NCBI GenBank assembly: GCA_951406725.2
Contig: OX597828.1
Span: forward strand, 29,698,001-29,762,000
Direction of reading: 5' to 3'
Source of the DNA: Octopus vulgaris
Taxonomy: Eukaryota
Length of the DNA stretch: 64,000 nt
Positions 43,739 to 57,961 of this stretch are shown piece by piece. Positions within the stretch are counted from its first letter, which is position 1; each line of letters starts with the position of its first letter. The notes under the pieces are model-generated. The model made no database searches and was not told where the DNA came from. It saw only the letters and a list, made by a program, of their open reading frames with translations. The position numbers were made by a program, and so were the translations under genes.

Positions 43739-43791
43739 CATCCATCCATCCATCTATCTATCTATCTATCTATCTATCCATCCATCCATCC

Positions 43792-43842
<51 letters not shown>

Positions 43843-43875
43843 CATCCATCTATCCATCCATCCATCCATCCATCC

Positions 43876-43934
<59 letters not shown>

Positions 43935-43951
43935 CATCCATCCATCCATCC

Positions 43952-43991
<40 letters not shown>

Positions 43992-44015
43992 ATCTATCTA
44001 TCCATCCATCCATCC

Positions 44016-44081
<66 letters not shown>

Positions 44082-44088
44082 ATCTATC
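43657..44088. repeat. (TATC)n/(CATC)n compound microsatellite
   Basis: Direct inspection. Confidence 0.97.
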
Positions 44089-44328
44089 TAATTACTTTTT
44101 TGGAACTGTGAATATGGTAGTAGATAAAGCTATAGATAATAATGTAAAATTATTAGGTTAGAATACCCATGGAAATAAAACGTCATGGTCTATCGACGCA
44201 AACCCACATCTTCCGTAAACGCGACAGATTTTCTACCATTAGACCAAAGTAATGCTAACCATAATACTTACATATATACATACATACGATATATATGTGT
44301 CTGTGGGTATGTGTGTGAATGCATATGT

Positions 44329-44367
<39 letters not shown>

Positions 44368-44619
44368 CATGCGTGCACATGTACATACTTCCAAATATAT
44401 GTTGCTCCAACAATAACCTCGATCTTCATCCCTGTAGTTCTCATGTACATTTTCAGTGACTGCGATGAAGATGTGTATATATAATATCGAACAACAGATC
44501 GACTCCTCAATATTCGGTATTTTGTGGAAAAGATTAAGTCTCTCCCGTCTTTGGATTGTGACCACTTGTATGTCGATGACTGTAACCTGGGTTCACATTC
44601 TGCAACACTTTTGGCCTCA

Positions 44620-45900
44620 CAGCTTTGAAAGAACTGTTGTAATGCACCAACTTACGCCTAGATTGCCATACATAGACCAGGCTATCTTTGCCGGTGGCCA
44701 CAAACTGAAAGTGGTTGGTAAGTTTACTTACTTGGGCAGCACTATGGAGCGATACTTCTCTTTAGACGAAGAGATCAGTGCACGAATAAAAAGGGCCACT
44801 GATTCCATTGTCGCTCTGAAGGTTCGAGCCTGATCTCAGAGAGGCTTCAAAACTAATACCAAGACGGTAGTCTTCAACCCCTGCGTGTTGACATGTCAAT
44901 TACTTTCGTGTGAAACAAGGGTAGCCTCATGACAAGACCGTTTAGGTAATGTCGAGATACCACCGATCTTGCAAACATCCTGGCATCTACGGAATGAATC
45001 ATACTCCTGGTGCGGAGGCTTTATGGCAGTGGTTCCCAAAGTGGGCGCTATTCGTTTGGGTCCCCTTGGGGGCAGTGGAAAGTCCCAAGGGGGCGTTGAA
45101 GAAAAGTAGGGAGATAATAAGGTAGCGATTCAGTTGCTTTGAGTTTGTGATAGTTAGTTAGGGTGGAGGCGCTAGGAATATGGCCTGGGTGTCAAGGGGG
45201 TAGCAGCCCGAAAATGTCTGGGAAACTCTGCTTTAGGGCGAGCCAATGCAGTGAGTATTGAGACCAACATCCACTGTCGCCGTGTTCGTTGGGTTAGTCA
45301 CTTTTTGTCTCTTGAAGACAGCAAGACAGCAGAATTTCCAAGAAAATGTTGTGTGATGGACTGTCGAAAGGCATTTGGCGGCAACTTAAGCCAAGAAAGT
45401 GATTCAAGGGCAACTTTGTGAGATTTCAGAATAGGAGTGGGGGAGGCATATCACATGATAGAAAAAAAAACAGGAAGCATCGAGTCTATGGCTGAGTGAG
45501 CACATTCCAGCAAAATGCAAACGAGTGGTCACGCTTGAGATCAGTTCGAAAGGTAAATCCATTGATGTTATTGTCTCTCACTTAGCCTGTGAAATCTGTG
45601 GTCGCGTATGTATATCTTGCGTAAGCCTGGTCACTCTCCAGAAAAGCATAGCAGAAAGGCCTTTTACAAACTACATCTATTTTCATGCTGGGGTCAACTT
45701 CGTAAGCACTGTCTGTGAGAGAAAGGGTATGGCTCGTTCAGATTTATCAAGGTACATAAAGGTGCACGGAGGAAAACCATCAGAATCATCCGGAATAACC
45801 AAAAAGTCAGATGAATTTATATGAATATCGAATCTGCAACAAGTTCTGCAAGTCGCTGGCGGGATTCCTGAGCAATTGTTATTCTCACAACAAGTAATGC
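44620..45900 (+). pseudogene. Degenerate RTE-like LINE ORF C-terminus with zinc-finger remnants
   Basis: LKVVGKFTYLGST...SLDEEISARIKRA...TK..VF...VL..LL..CET; SIE...RVRWVSH; CEICGRVC; VCERKGMARSDLSRYIKVH; ICNKFCKSLAGF. Confidence 0.72.
45027..45230. mobile_element. hAT (Charlie-like) MITE inserted in the LINE
   Basis: Ends cagtggttcccaaa and tctgggaaactctg. The 8-bp target-site duplication ctttatgg / ctttaggg matches 7 of 8. Confidence 0.8.
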
Positions 45901-46341
45901 TGTGATATACCCTACCATAGCCATACTCGTTTAGCGAATCAACAGTCATACCAGGCTCAACTTAAAGTAATGGTCGATAGATTACATATACTCAGTAGCG
46001 ACTTTAACTTGCCTTATCCCATGTTCAATAAAACGAGTATCAACCAAATAAAAGTTCATTTCAATCGACTGCAACGTCTTCCAAACGGATGGCTTGTGTT
46101 AATGTTTGAAATCAATGATACAAGAAAGGTGAGAATTGCGAATGTGTTACGCCGCAACAGGAAATAAGGATCTGCTCGGTTTGATGCTTATTGCGTGTTT
46201 GGAATTTGGCAGACTGACACACACAAACACAGACACACATAATATATATATATTCAGTTGAATATGGTACTTAAGTTAAAGGTACCAGGATTCAGTGTAG
46301 TATTATCCATATAATTCAATATATATATATGTATATATACA

Positions 46342-46408
<67 letters not shown>

Positions 46409-46410
46409 GG

Positions 46411-46461
46411 AGCTTCTACAGGACTAGTACTGTTTCATTCAAGAGAAATCTTCAGGAAGCT
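46411..46461 (-). ncRNA. Type I hammerhead ribozyme motif within a perfect 39-bp inverted repeat (46405-46498)
   Basis: agcttc-CTGAAGA-t-ttc-tctt-gaa-t-GAAA-CAG-tactagtc-CTG-TA|gaagct. Stem I 6 bp, stem III ACAG/CTGT, GUA cleavage triplet, weak stem II. Confidence 0.72.
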
Positions 46462-46575
46462 TGAATGAAACAGTACTAGTCCTGTAGAAGCTCCTTCTAT
46501 ATAATAACTTAATTTTACTCTGCTATGTATTGAGTACCTTACTTACTGTGGTTAACCCCGAATCAACCCGGGACC

Positions 46576-46632
<57 letters not shown>

Positions 46633-46673
46633 GTGTGTGTGTGTGTATGTAAGTGTGATTGTTTCAGCGAGAG

Positions 46674-46732
<59 letters not shown>

Positions 46733-48019
46733 GAGTGAGAGTTTTGTATGTGTGTTTATGTTTCTTTGTCCACAAAAACCCATCGTTGAATCGAAAGCAA
46801 AATTTACCGGCGTGATAAATCTCAATCGACAGAATTTGCACCCTACTAAAATTAAATCTCTGATTAATATGATAAAAGAAAACAGAAAAAAATGGTGAAA
46901 TCACTGAAACTTTTGCTTCAGTATGACCGCACTACTTTGACTGAAACGCGTTAAGTACGAAAAACGTAACAGCATTATTTTGGCGATTAGTTTTAGTTTG
47001 AAGATAAGTTTCTACTGTCTGTAACTGTTAGTATGAACCTTATTTAAAATGCGCTTCTTTTCGTTTTATTGCAGCTGCCTGTGTATAATTGGACAGGAGA
47101 ACAATTGGGTAGTCGACTCGACCACGTCGTTTTAATTTTCATTTGAAAGCGAACTGTCTTCACATGTGCTATTGGCGCTAAAGGTATGAAATTAACAATA
47201 ACGCTCACACGCACGTATCGTGTTGGTCTCTAATACAAACACATACACACACACACACGTGCACACAAATTTACGTCATATGACTGTATTAGAATGTTTG
47301 TGTCTATGCGAATATGTGTCTATTTGTGCGTACGTGTATGTGTCCCTGTAGGTAGAAGTCTTTGCATGTGTTCTTATATGAATTTTGTGAGTGATTATAT
47401 ATGTAACTAATGATGAGAATAACGCAATTTTAAGTCTGAATGTGTGTAGAATGAACGAACGAGAAAAGAATTTCGTTGCGATCGCATGAAAACAAATTTA
47501 CAATCCCGAAGTTAGAAGCACGTATTAACACCGTTCTTTTGTTCATTGTCTCGTGACGATTAGTTCATTAAGTTACATGTGTTCGTATTCCACCAGAAGG
47601 TACAGTTGGAATATTAATATGAATAAGAACAGATAGAATAAATAAATTGAATGTGAAAGTGAATAAGTGAATAAACAAATAAATATGAGAATAAAGGAAG
47701 CGATACAAGAGATTAAGAAAAAAGTATATGAAAATACAATACGCACCAACATACAGAAATTCTGAACATTTTTCTATTGTTAATATAGAATTCCGAAGAT
47801 CTGCGCATACATCCATCCACACGAATTCACAGTGAATACGATGTGGCAGTTATCTGAAGAATATAAAGTTCTCAATACATGCCAGCATACATGCATGCAT
47901 ACCTACACACATGCATACATACATACACTCACGCATGCTTGCGTACTTATATACATGCATAAATACATGCATACATACGTACATACTTACATACGTACGT
48001 ACGTACCTACGGGTACAAT

Positions 48020-48203
48020 GTGACGTTTACTTCTTTCATTCCTTGGATTGCTGTCATACTGGGACACCGATTCAAAAAAGTCTTACGGAGTAAACAGACA
48101 TCTTGAAAAGTCTGGTGTTCGTTCTATCACTATCTTTTCGCCGAGCCGCTAAGTTACGAGAGATAAGGAAACCAAGCGGTGGTGGATGACAACAGCAAAC
48201 ACC

Positions 48204-48241
<38 letters not shown>

Positions 48242-48405
48242 CTCTCTCTCTCTCACACACACACACACATTATATGCACACATATATGACGGGCTTCTTT
48301 CAGTTTCCAAATTTACTCACGAAGCTTTGGTCGCTCGGGACTGTTGTAGAAGACACTTGACCATGCCACTCTGTAGGACGGAACCCCAAACCATCTGCAC
48401 CTATA
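48020..48405 (-). mobile_element. Old SINE family A copy
   Basis: ccgctaagttacg, gacgggcttctttcagtttcc and agaagacacttg motifs in reverse orientation. A similar old copy lies at 56655-57195. Confidence 0.65.
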
Positions 48406-48649
48406 TCTATGATTAATTTGGGGCAAAAACTGACACGGCTTTTTTTTACACATTATATCACGTTGATTCTACCTCTAGAGATATGTGTCTGTGAAATGCT
48501 GAAGCATTAACATGTGAATTCAGGAGCAGGTAATTCTATTCGAACAATTGAATGATCTTTGTCGAGAAACGGAGGTCCATCTCCACAAATGCTTATACAT
48601 ACATACAAATGTATATATTTGTGTTTTCGTGTTTGTATATGTACCTCTG

Positions 48650-50420
48650 GGTTCGTAGGTGAGGAGATCAGGAGTGCATATATCTTGAGGAGTCCATTGT
48701 AAACCCTTAAGGTCTTGTTCACTTCACTTTTCAGCACTTGTTTGATGTTTGATGTATTGCATTTTGCTGTTATTGTTGCTGTGTGAACGTAGTTATACGG
48801 CCCTCAACGTCTGTCTGTTATTTTTATACTGCATTTCTTTTCATACTGCATTTATAGACATTGCTGCTTCTGTGGAAATTTGGAATCAATGTCAATATTT
48901 TGCTGGTTTGACGGTCTAAAACATGGTTTTAATCAATAGACCAGTCGATTACCCCAAATGTTGGTAGCAGTACGAGTGTTACAAATGGATCATAAAATAT
49001 TGTCTTCTTCTAATGAAAATCTCTGATCTCCATATCTTTTAAAGTCTGGGATAATAATATTTGGTACTTGTTGCACTCATTTTGTTCATTGACACAAAGA
49101 TTTCAGCTTTAGGGAGCTGTTGTATCCTGTTTAATTTTTAAAGAAGAACACTTCTTTTGGTCTGACCCCTTTCCTCTATCAGCAGAAAATATAAGTCCAG
49201 CTATTTTTCGGCGCTGTAAATATTTCGTGCACAGGTCCTTAAATCTTATACGAATAAATTATGGTAATATTTAATATTTAATACTTATATGTCTTGCTGT
49301 CGCAGACCCTTAGATATAACAAGCAGATATTTGTAGAGGGAATGACAAGGGATTTAGGACCAAAATAATCAGAAACACTGACAGACTTGCTTGGAATTCC
49401 AGTTGAAACATTACTAGAATCAGAGACAATTGTTCCTCTTTCAGCTATAAGAGACAATTGTTTCACTTTCACTTATAATGTGGAGATTGTGGACCAGATC
49501 TCCGAGAAGCTTTCGTTGGCAGCAACTAAGTAGCAATACTTTTGCCAGCTGTTGAGATTTCAGTTGCTATGCGTATGAAATGAATTCAAATGCCTTTCAG
49601 CGTTTCTGCGGAATTTTTCGCCATCAAAAAGTAAAGATTCATTTACCAACAATTGTTCCGCGCATCCCAATACTCTTCCCTTTCTGTCTGCTCGTCAGCA
49701 ACAATATAGTTGAACTCGAAAGGGCTTGGGTACAATTAGCACGTAATGTTAAGACAGGCTATGGACCGATAACTCTCTACTGAAACAGTGTTTACTACCT
49801 TTTCCATAATATTTGTTCATGTATGTCTATCTGATATTTTATATTCTATTTTTAATAAGTCCCTTCCTATAACAAGTAAAAGACTTTAAACAACATCCGA
49901 CTATGAGGTTTCTTCCTGGTGCCTTCTATTTAAGTAGCGTTCCAATAAAATTGGAAAAAAGTTTCATCTGGAATTGTATGTTTTATTGTTGATGTTGCTG
50001 CAGTATTGTCGATTTATTATATCTAGTGATGCTGCATTCCCCTAAAAAATCCTTGCTTTTGTTCCGGATCATAAACTTGAATAAGTTTAGATCTTCCTGT
50101 GAAGAAGCCATTTTCATGACATTTTCCCTTTTAATCTCTTTCCGTGTGCAACTTTCAGGTTAAAAGAGAACTTGTAGTTTATGCTGGTTCATTGTGATAC
50201 TTTCTTTAACCTTTCCTAAGATTTAGAGTAAAATATCCTTACATCTTCGTTTGCTTTCTCGGGAGTTAGTGGTGTGCTGTGAACTTAACGCCATCTTTAG
50301 CATTTCATTGCCTTATTCTGCGTCATAAAAGCTTTGTGACTTCTTCTGGCGATCTTATCCAGCTGGGCTGCTTGTGATGGGTTATTTCACTGCTGTCGTT
50401 TAAGCAAATATCTCCCAGAT
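48650..50420 (-). mobile_element. Highly decayed LINE reverse transcriptase region
   Basis: Only scattered motif-like remnants on the minus strand (KAF near 49590, AQLDKI near 50360). No long ORF. Confidence 0.35.
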
Positions 50421-52815
50421 GTTCCTTCAGAGTAACAACAGCGGTATACAGACAGGTAGGCAGCGATATTCCGATACGTGTGTTATTTTCACATTTTTTA
50501 AGATTCTCCTACAGTATTCATAACTTTTATCAAGAGAGTGGTTAGTCTTCTTCCAACTCTCATCTTAAAAGCTCTGTTGTTTAAATACAGATTATAGAAG
50601 CAGGTAAAGTTGTTTACAAAGAGTTTTTTCAGCTGCGTTTACTCCGTAGTTATCTCTTCCGAGTCCGTAAACGGAGATAACTATCCGATAGAGTCGTCTG
50701 ATGAATGCGCTACCAGTGTCTGTTTTTGCCGATTTCAGTGACATTTTTTGTTGGTTTGGAATATTGATAGTAAGACGAGTAGTATTACCTGAATTCTGAC
50801 TATCTATTACCGTTTGAAACAGCCATTTTCCGGTTAAAGAAACACCTGTTGTAGCAGCTGTGAAGCTGTCAAGTGGCGTAACTTTGGTGTTATTCGTCCT
50901 AATATTTTAAAAGTTATCTTCTCTAAACTTCGTTTTTTTTTGTGTGTATTCTCACCTGTGAATATGACTTTTGGGTAATAACGAAAGAGGACGGTCGCGA
51001 AAAGGAACGGCCGAAATGGGGTTCCTCCAAATTCCCCCAAAGGGTCTTCTAGAGTAACGGTACTCGACTGTGTCGATAGCTTGTAGATCAGGGGAGTCAC
51101 TCCAAGTCGAGACACTACCCCGTATTGACAAGTCACAATTTCAATTCTACGGACATATGATTAGGTTGTCACAGGAGAAAAAAAATCACAAGAATCTTCA
51201 AGCCAAGCCCAACCGACATGAGACCTAGGAGCAATGCAAGAACGAGATGACAGGATACTTTTAGTAGTCTCATTTGGTTGCGGTTAGGGTGGCAGCTGGA
51301 AAACCTAATGACGATAGCTTCTGATAGGACCCTATGGCGAAATTACATAGGAGTCTATTCCCATGGCCCTCACTGGAATAATGCGTGGATGAGGCTGATA
51401 GACGAATGAATTTTTGTTACTACTTTATGTAATCGTCCATGGAATGTTCTCGGGAATTCTGAAAGCATCGAAGAACATTCTGATTTAATTGCAAAGACCC
51501 GATGAAATGAGAATGGTTATTTACGTTTTCTAAGATAGCTCAGACGTATAGTTGCCGTGTCGATGTCAATATTGGTGATATTGTTGTTATTGGTGTTCAC
51601 AGAATAAACGAAATTCCATGTGAGTGAAAATAGTTTTAAAATTCTGGTATGGATGAAGCGAAGTTGCATAATAAATTGTGTTTATTTTGTTTGTAAAAAT
51701 AAGAAAAGAATCTCGGTTGGCATAAATACAGAGAAAAGTATTGAATAAAACATTTTAAACAATTCGCAGCACCGCATCTCTGTCTCTTACCAGATGTGTT
51801 TACATATGTGTGTATGTATGTATGTATGTATGTATGTATGTATGTATGTATGTATGTATGTATGTATGTATGTATGTATGTATGTACGCATACATAGACA
51901 CATACGGGCATTCATACATATGACGGAGATATGACGCAGGTGCGTTGTAACAAAAACAATGGCTGCACAGAAGACACTTGTTAACCATTCTCAACCACAC
52001 AAAAACTGTTTTCCTCACTAACACGTGTATTGTTTGTAAAATGGTGTCGAGCTTCAGGTGTCTGAAGCTAATAGATTTGATGTATATATAAACAGGTTGG
52101 CTATACTTTCATTGGAATTGGTCAAGTGATGTAGACATCACCAATGAAAACCCAAGATATTGTCGAATGGCTATTCATCAAAGTTTCTATCTACGGAGAA
52201 ATAGGTAAAACTGACATGTGTGTGTGTCTGTTACTTACGTTCACACACACACATACATACATACGTATATATATATATATATAAATTGTGAAACAGGTCA
52301 GTTGATTCTAAATTCTTTGTAAACTAAATATATCTCTTTCTGCGTATATATATATATACTACCAAACTATGACCTTTTTGAACTTATAATTTTGTGTGTA
52401 TATATATATATAGATACCGCCAAACAAACATAGGTTTTATGAACTTGTTAATAATTTCTCAAAAAAGTTTTCTGTAAACTGTTTTTAACATTTTCGTATT
52501 ATTATCAAAGAATGTATATAAGTATTGCAACATTTTGTGCCCAATATTTTAATGAACTTTTTTTATATTTTCCCAAGATTTTTCCTTGTAAACTGTTTTT
52601 AACATCTTCGTATTATCATCAAAGAATGTATATATATGTATTGTAATATTTTGAGACAACCAGTACCTACCACAACAAAGCTTTTACATGTTACTTTTGA
52701 CAATCTTTTCCTAAAAAAATGAAACCGGTGAAGTAAATAAACATCTTTTAAAACTGCATTTTCAAACCTTCTTTCATATATAATTCTACTCGTGCGGTAC
52801 CTTACAACTTCACTT

Positions 52816-52919
<104 letters not shown>

Positions 52920-52932
52920 GTAAATTTATACA

Positions 52933-53870
52933 TACGTGGTTTGTAAATAAACTAATGAGACTAGTCTGGCAATACTGCGAGGTTCCGCTTCCCGGTGTTA
53001 CCACGTCAGCGTCTCCTATATCTTCAGTTCAAGCAGCAACTTCTGTGTACCCTGAAAAATGAGCGAGAACAGTAACGAGCAACGTCGTGCGATCAAGTTT
53101 CGTTTCAACCTCGGACAGAAATGTCAATGAAACTCGTGCAAAACTTCAACAGGCTTACGGGGAGACTGCTTTATCAAGAGCACAGGTTGTCAGTAGTTTC
53201 AAATCCTATTTACAAGGCCGATAATCTGCTGAAAATGTCCCCCTGTCAGGAAGGCCATCAGTTTCAAGAAATGACGAAAATGTGGAACGAGTCAAAGACT
53301 TCATGCGATCTAAGAGTCAGCTAACCGTTAACTTGATTGCAGAGAAGCTGAATTTTACCCACACTACAGTTCAAGTTTTGACCAAGGAATTGAGAGTGAG
53401 GAAAATTTCTGCGCAGTTTCTCCCCAAAAATCTCACTCCTGAGCAAAAAGAAAACAGGAAGGGTGTTGCAATCCATTGGAACGGATAGAAAACGACCAAG
53501 ATTTTCTCACAAACGAAATTACGGGTCCTGAATCATGGACTTTCGAGTACGATCCAGAAGCAAAACATTAAAGTAAGGAGTGGCACATTGCAAACTCACC
53601 GCAGCCGACAAAAGCGGGAATTAGCAAAAAGTAAATCAAAACTATGCTCACTTGTGACAGCAATGGACTCGTCTATAAAGAATTCGCGCCTCAAGAACAG
53701 ACGGCCAATCAGCATTTTCCCCGTGAGGTTCTCGAAAGGTTGCTAAGAATCGTTGCTTGCATGAGGCCACACATCAAAGACAACTGGATGCTGGATCACG
53801 ACAATTCGTTTTGTCACGTGACGCTTTCGATTACAAAGTTTTTGTCATGGAAAAGCATCCTTGTCCCTGC
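52933..53870 (+). pseudogene. Mariner (irritans/Hsmar2-like) element, 3'-truncated
   Basis: MSENSNEQRRAIKF.FNLG, VRKISAQFLPKNLTPEQK, ITGPESWTFEYDPEAK.*SKEW, DHDNSFCH. Frameshifts and stops present. Confidence 0.88.
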
Positions 53871-54825
53871 AGGGATCTTCTAGAGAGAAAATATAATGTA
53901 GCGAAAAGTATAAAGTTTAAGGCTCATAGTTCATTCTGTTCCGGGGGGAATGGGGTTTTAGCCTTATTTCCGTGAAGGTGTACCTCCTTACGTATAATCA
54001 CAGGTAAGTCCATAGTTGAGAAAGTAGGTTGAGTGATACATCTAGTTGAGAAAATAGATGTAGCAGCTTAATGCTGATGCGGATAATGGGTGCGAAGGGA
54101 CCAGGGGGAGAATACAATTTGAGAAAGATAGTTAGATAGACAAAGGTATCATAATAGATACGTAGATCTGAGTGAAAGTGTTTGTAAATAACGATAAAAA
54201 CAAGGATAAAACATATATAAAGAAGATAAAGAATAAAATTAAGAATAAAAGATAAAAAATAAGGAATAAAATAAGATAAAAGAAGTGGATAAATAAATAA
54301 TAGAGAGGCTGGAATTATTCTTCAACGGGGATGAGAATTCATAGGGATTGATAAAGTCAAGGAGAAATAAAGATAGTATTTTATGGCTATCAAGGGTTAT
54401 TAAATGGAGGTATAAGGCTAAATACATAGTTAAGGACAAATAGATGGGTTTAGTGTGGTCAGAAGGATTATTATAATTTTTTTTTTTGCTGTGACTTACC
54501 AGCCAATAATGAGAGCTAGAATGCTAGAAATAGATGTCCAACTATAAGAAGGGGGCTTTGCAATTTAAAGATTAAAATCAAAATTATATGTATGTATACA
54601 ACTGGCTTGCGCATAGCTTTCATCCACTAATCGCTTTAGCAGAACACACTTGCTCAAATTAGCGTGCAGTAGGACTGGACTCGAAAACAGTGAGCCTCTT
54701 AACCACATATTGGTGCCTGAGCTTATAGAAAAATAAAAGGTACCACCTTATTTGAGACGGCTGGGTTCATATTCTTCCATACTGTCATTCGAATACTTTA
54801 ATGACCTTGCTAATATATCAACATA

Positions 54826-55030
54826 GTGGAGAAGGACATCATGCTCGGAATGGTCAGTGGAAAGAGAGGAAGAGGCCGAGCAAGAACCCGCTGGCTTGAC
54901 ACCATCAAGAGTGATACCGGAATGGACATAGCCAATCTGAAAGAAGCGGCCCAGGATAGAACTGACTGGAGGACACTGATCCAACGAGTAACCGAGAGTC
55001 GACTTCGACTGAGCGGATAGATAGAGATAG
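54826..55030 (+). mobile_element. RTE LINE 3' fragment
   Basis: Near-identical to 9435-9630, including the gatagata tail. Confidence 0.92.
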
Positions 55031-56449
55031 TATGTACATTAAAGCAATATTTTTTTTATTCTATTATTCTTTTACTCAGTTGGCTTATATCGTCTGCCAC
55101 AGGTTTTTCTGATAATAGATATCAGAATTATTATTATTTACTCCCTCCCTTTTTACAATAGTTAACCTTGACAGCATAGTGCCAAGTTTTACGATCTTAC
55201 ATGTTTATGCACCAGTACAAAATTATCCAGTGAACTTTCATTGAATAAAACAGTTGGGTGTTATTTGATGGAAACATGGCTGTTGTTTTCTGACGGGTTT
55301 GATAATCGCGTAGAAATGCCCTACCAAACTCGTATTTACTATATTTCTTTGATTATGTAACACGCCCTGTGAATCTTCATTGACATTTCACTATCTTGTA
55401 ATATGTTAAAGGACATTAACTGCTTCGTGTTTTATCATTCAGACTTCTTATTTTTTTCATGTATTTCTCTCTAGTATCTCATTATTAATTAAGAATTTGC
55501 TTTTTATTTTAATTATGTTTCATTATTTGTATTGTTTCTTATAAGTTCTGTTTATTATCCTTTTCTGAGGTTGTTTGTATTGCCCTGCTTATTATCCTGT
55601 TTATATTTACTCTTAACGTTCTCACCATATGTTATTCAAGTATGAGTTACTTTAGCTGATGTCCTTTCGTATTTATTTATTTTCCTTCCTGCTTCGTTGT
55701 GTTGCTTATTTACCTCTTTTCACAAAAATAATTACAATATTGGACATACCGGATATTAATTCTTTTGTTGCATACATTAATTTATTTATAACAATTATAT
55801 TTCATTTTACTGTTTTGTTAATATATTCAGTACGTTGTTTCATTAATATTTTACTTTAGTTTTCATAATTTACCATAGGAGAATTTTGCATTGACCGTTG
55901 AAAAATGATTAAAATTGGTGCTTCATGAATTTTTCAATTAAATTCTATCGAGAGTAAACTTCATTTCATAAAATATCGTTTAATGATTAATCGAAACTGC
56001 CGAAATGGATAAGGTACTAGTCTATCGATTTTTCCAGTCTCAACCTTATTTCCATTCCGCTAGTGTATCACTCTTATCAATCAATGTCCAAAACACGTCA
56101 CTCATATCTTTACTTCTAGATGCAATTAGACATCAGCACATTCCATGAGTGTATTGGTGTGGAATTTGCCTGGGAATATCGATTCGATCCCGTTGGGTAA
56201 TACACAGAACAGGAATACGCTACCGTAATTTCAGGTTCATGTACACACACAATTTCATGGGTGACAATGGTATACACACACACACGCACATATACTTATA
56301 TACACTCACAACCGCATACATTTATACACTCCCATACACATATCGCGCGCGTGTGTGCGTATATATATATATTTATATTCTTATCTTGATCTATTTATCT
56401 ATCTATCTATCTAGCTAGCTAGCTAGATATGTACATATACATATATATG

Positions 56450-56506
<57 letters not shown>

Positions 56507-56554
56507 AGATATATATATATATCTACATATGTATATATGTATGTGTGTATGTGC

Positions 56555-56602
<48 letters not shown>

Positions 56603-57859
56603 CACACACACATCTTGTATCCTGCAACTCTAGTAATTCTTTCTTATAGTTTGTCTTTTGCTTGTTTCTGTCATTTGAACCGTGGCCATACTGGTGCAGC
56701 GACTTGAAAGGATTTTGTCGAAAGAATCCACGGATGTATTTTCTTTTTTTCACCCCAATACTTGCTCAATAGTTCTCTTATTCCGAACTGCTAAGTGACT
56801 CGGATGTCAATAAACCAACACCAGTTGTCAGGCAGTAGTGGTGGACAAACTCATTCTCAAAGACACACAGATACATATAGATATTTACATAGATACAAAC
56901 ACACACACACACATACACACACACACACACATATATATACATATATATATATATATATAGTTACCATGCACGCACGTATATATATATTTTATAAACACAC
57001 ATACACACACAGACACAAATACATACACATATATACGAGCGGCTTCTTTCGGTTTCCATCTACTAAATCCACTCATTTGTCCAACCCGGGATATTGTAGA
57101 CGACACCTGCTCAATACCTTGCGTAGTGAGATTGAAACTGAAATCCCGGTGATTGGAAACCAAAATCCTTACCAAACAGCCACACCCGTGCCTGCACGAG
57201 ATAAAAAGAAAAAAAAACAATACGAAAAATATAAATTAAGAAGCATGTTACACTAATTGCAAATTTAATTAGCGAGAGTGTTGTAAAGTGTTTCTTTATA
57301 TCACTGTAATGTTTAAATACTAGGAATATGTGTCACTTGGAGAAGGCTGGGGAGGTGTTCAATCTCTTTGCTCCGCTGCTTTCATTTCACGTCGATAAAG
57401 ACTTGCAGGTAGTGATGGCAGAAATCACAATGCAACATTGATTCCACATCCAATTTTACATGATATTACCACTGCTGGTATATTTACATTATCAGTAGCT
57501 ATTGGAGATGCAAATGGTAAAAAGTTAATATCATTGCCATTTTCGTATTTACTTTCAGAATGTTAGGTATCCTTTTTTTTTTGTTTTCGTGTTTTTATGC
57601 TTTTCCACCTCATACGATGTGTTTTTGATTCAAAACTGTGCACAAAATATCGATATTTAAATATATGATAATCAATCATTGATACAACCGCACAAACCCA
57701 CAGAGACACGTACACACACAGACATACATACGCGTGCGCACACGAACACAAGTGCACGCAGAAAAAACATAGACAAACGAAAATTTCTTTTGAACATTTC
57801 TGCCGATGAAAATAAATATATATATATAATTCAAATTTAGGCCTTGTGATTTCAGTAGA

Positions 57860-57904
<45 letters not shown>

Positions 57905-57961
57905 CATAATCATCCTCATCATCATCCTCATCATCATCATCATCATCATCATCATTATTAT

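Noticed and set aside
45683-45949. Cys-rich 88-aa minus-strand ORF
   Set aside because: It is antisense to the LINE zinc-finger remnant and has no independent coding evidence.
46930-46960. tactt-TGA-ct-GAAACGCGTT-aagta hammerhead remnant
   Set aside because: The core and stem II are missing. At best a deletion relic that cannot be supported alone.
50690-50830. CTGATGA with a distant GAAAC
   Set aside because: No consistent stems I-III could be formed.
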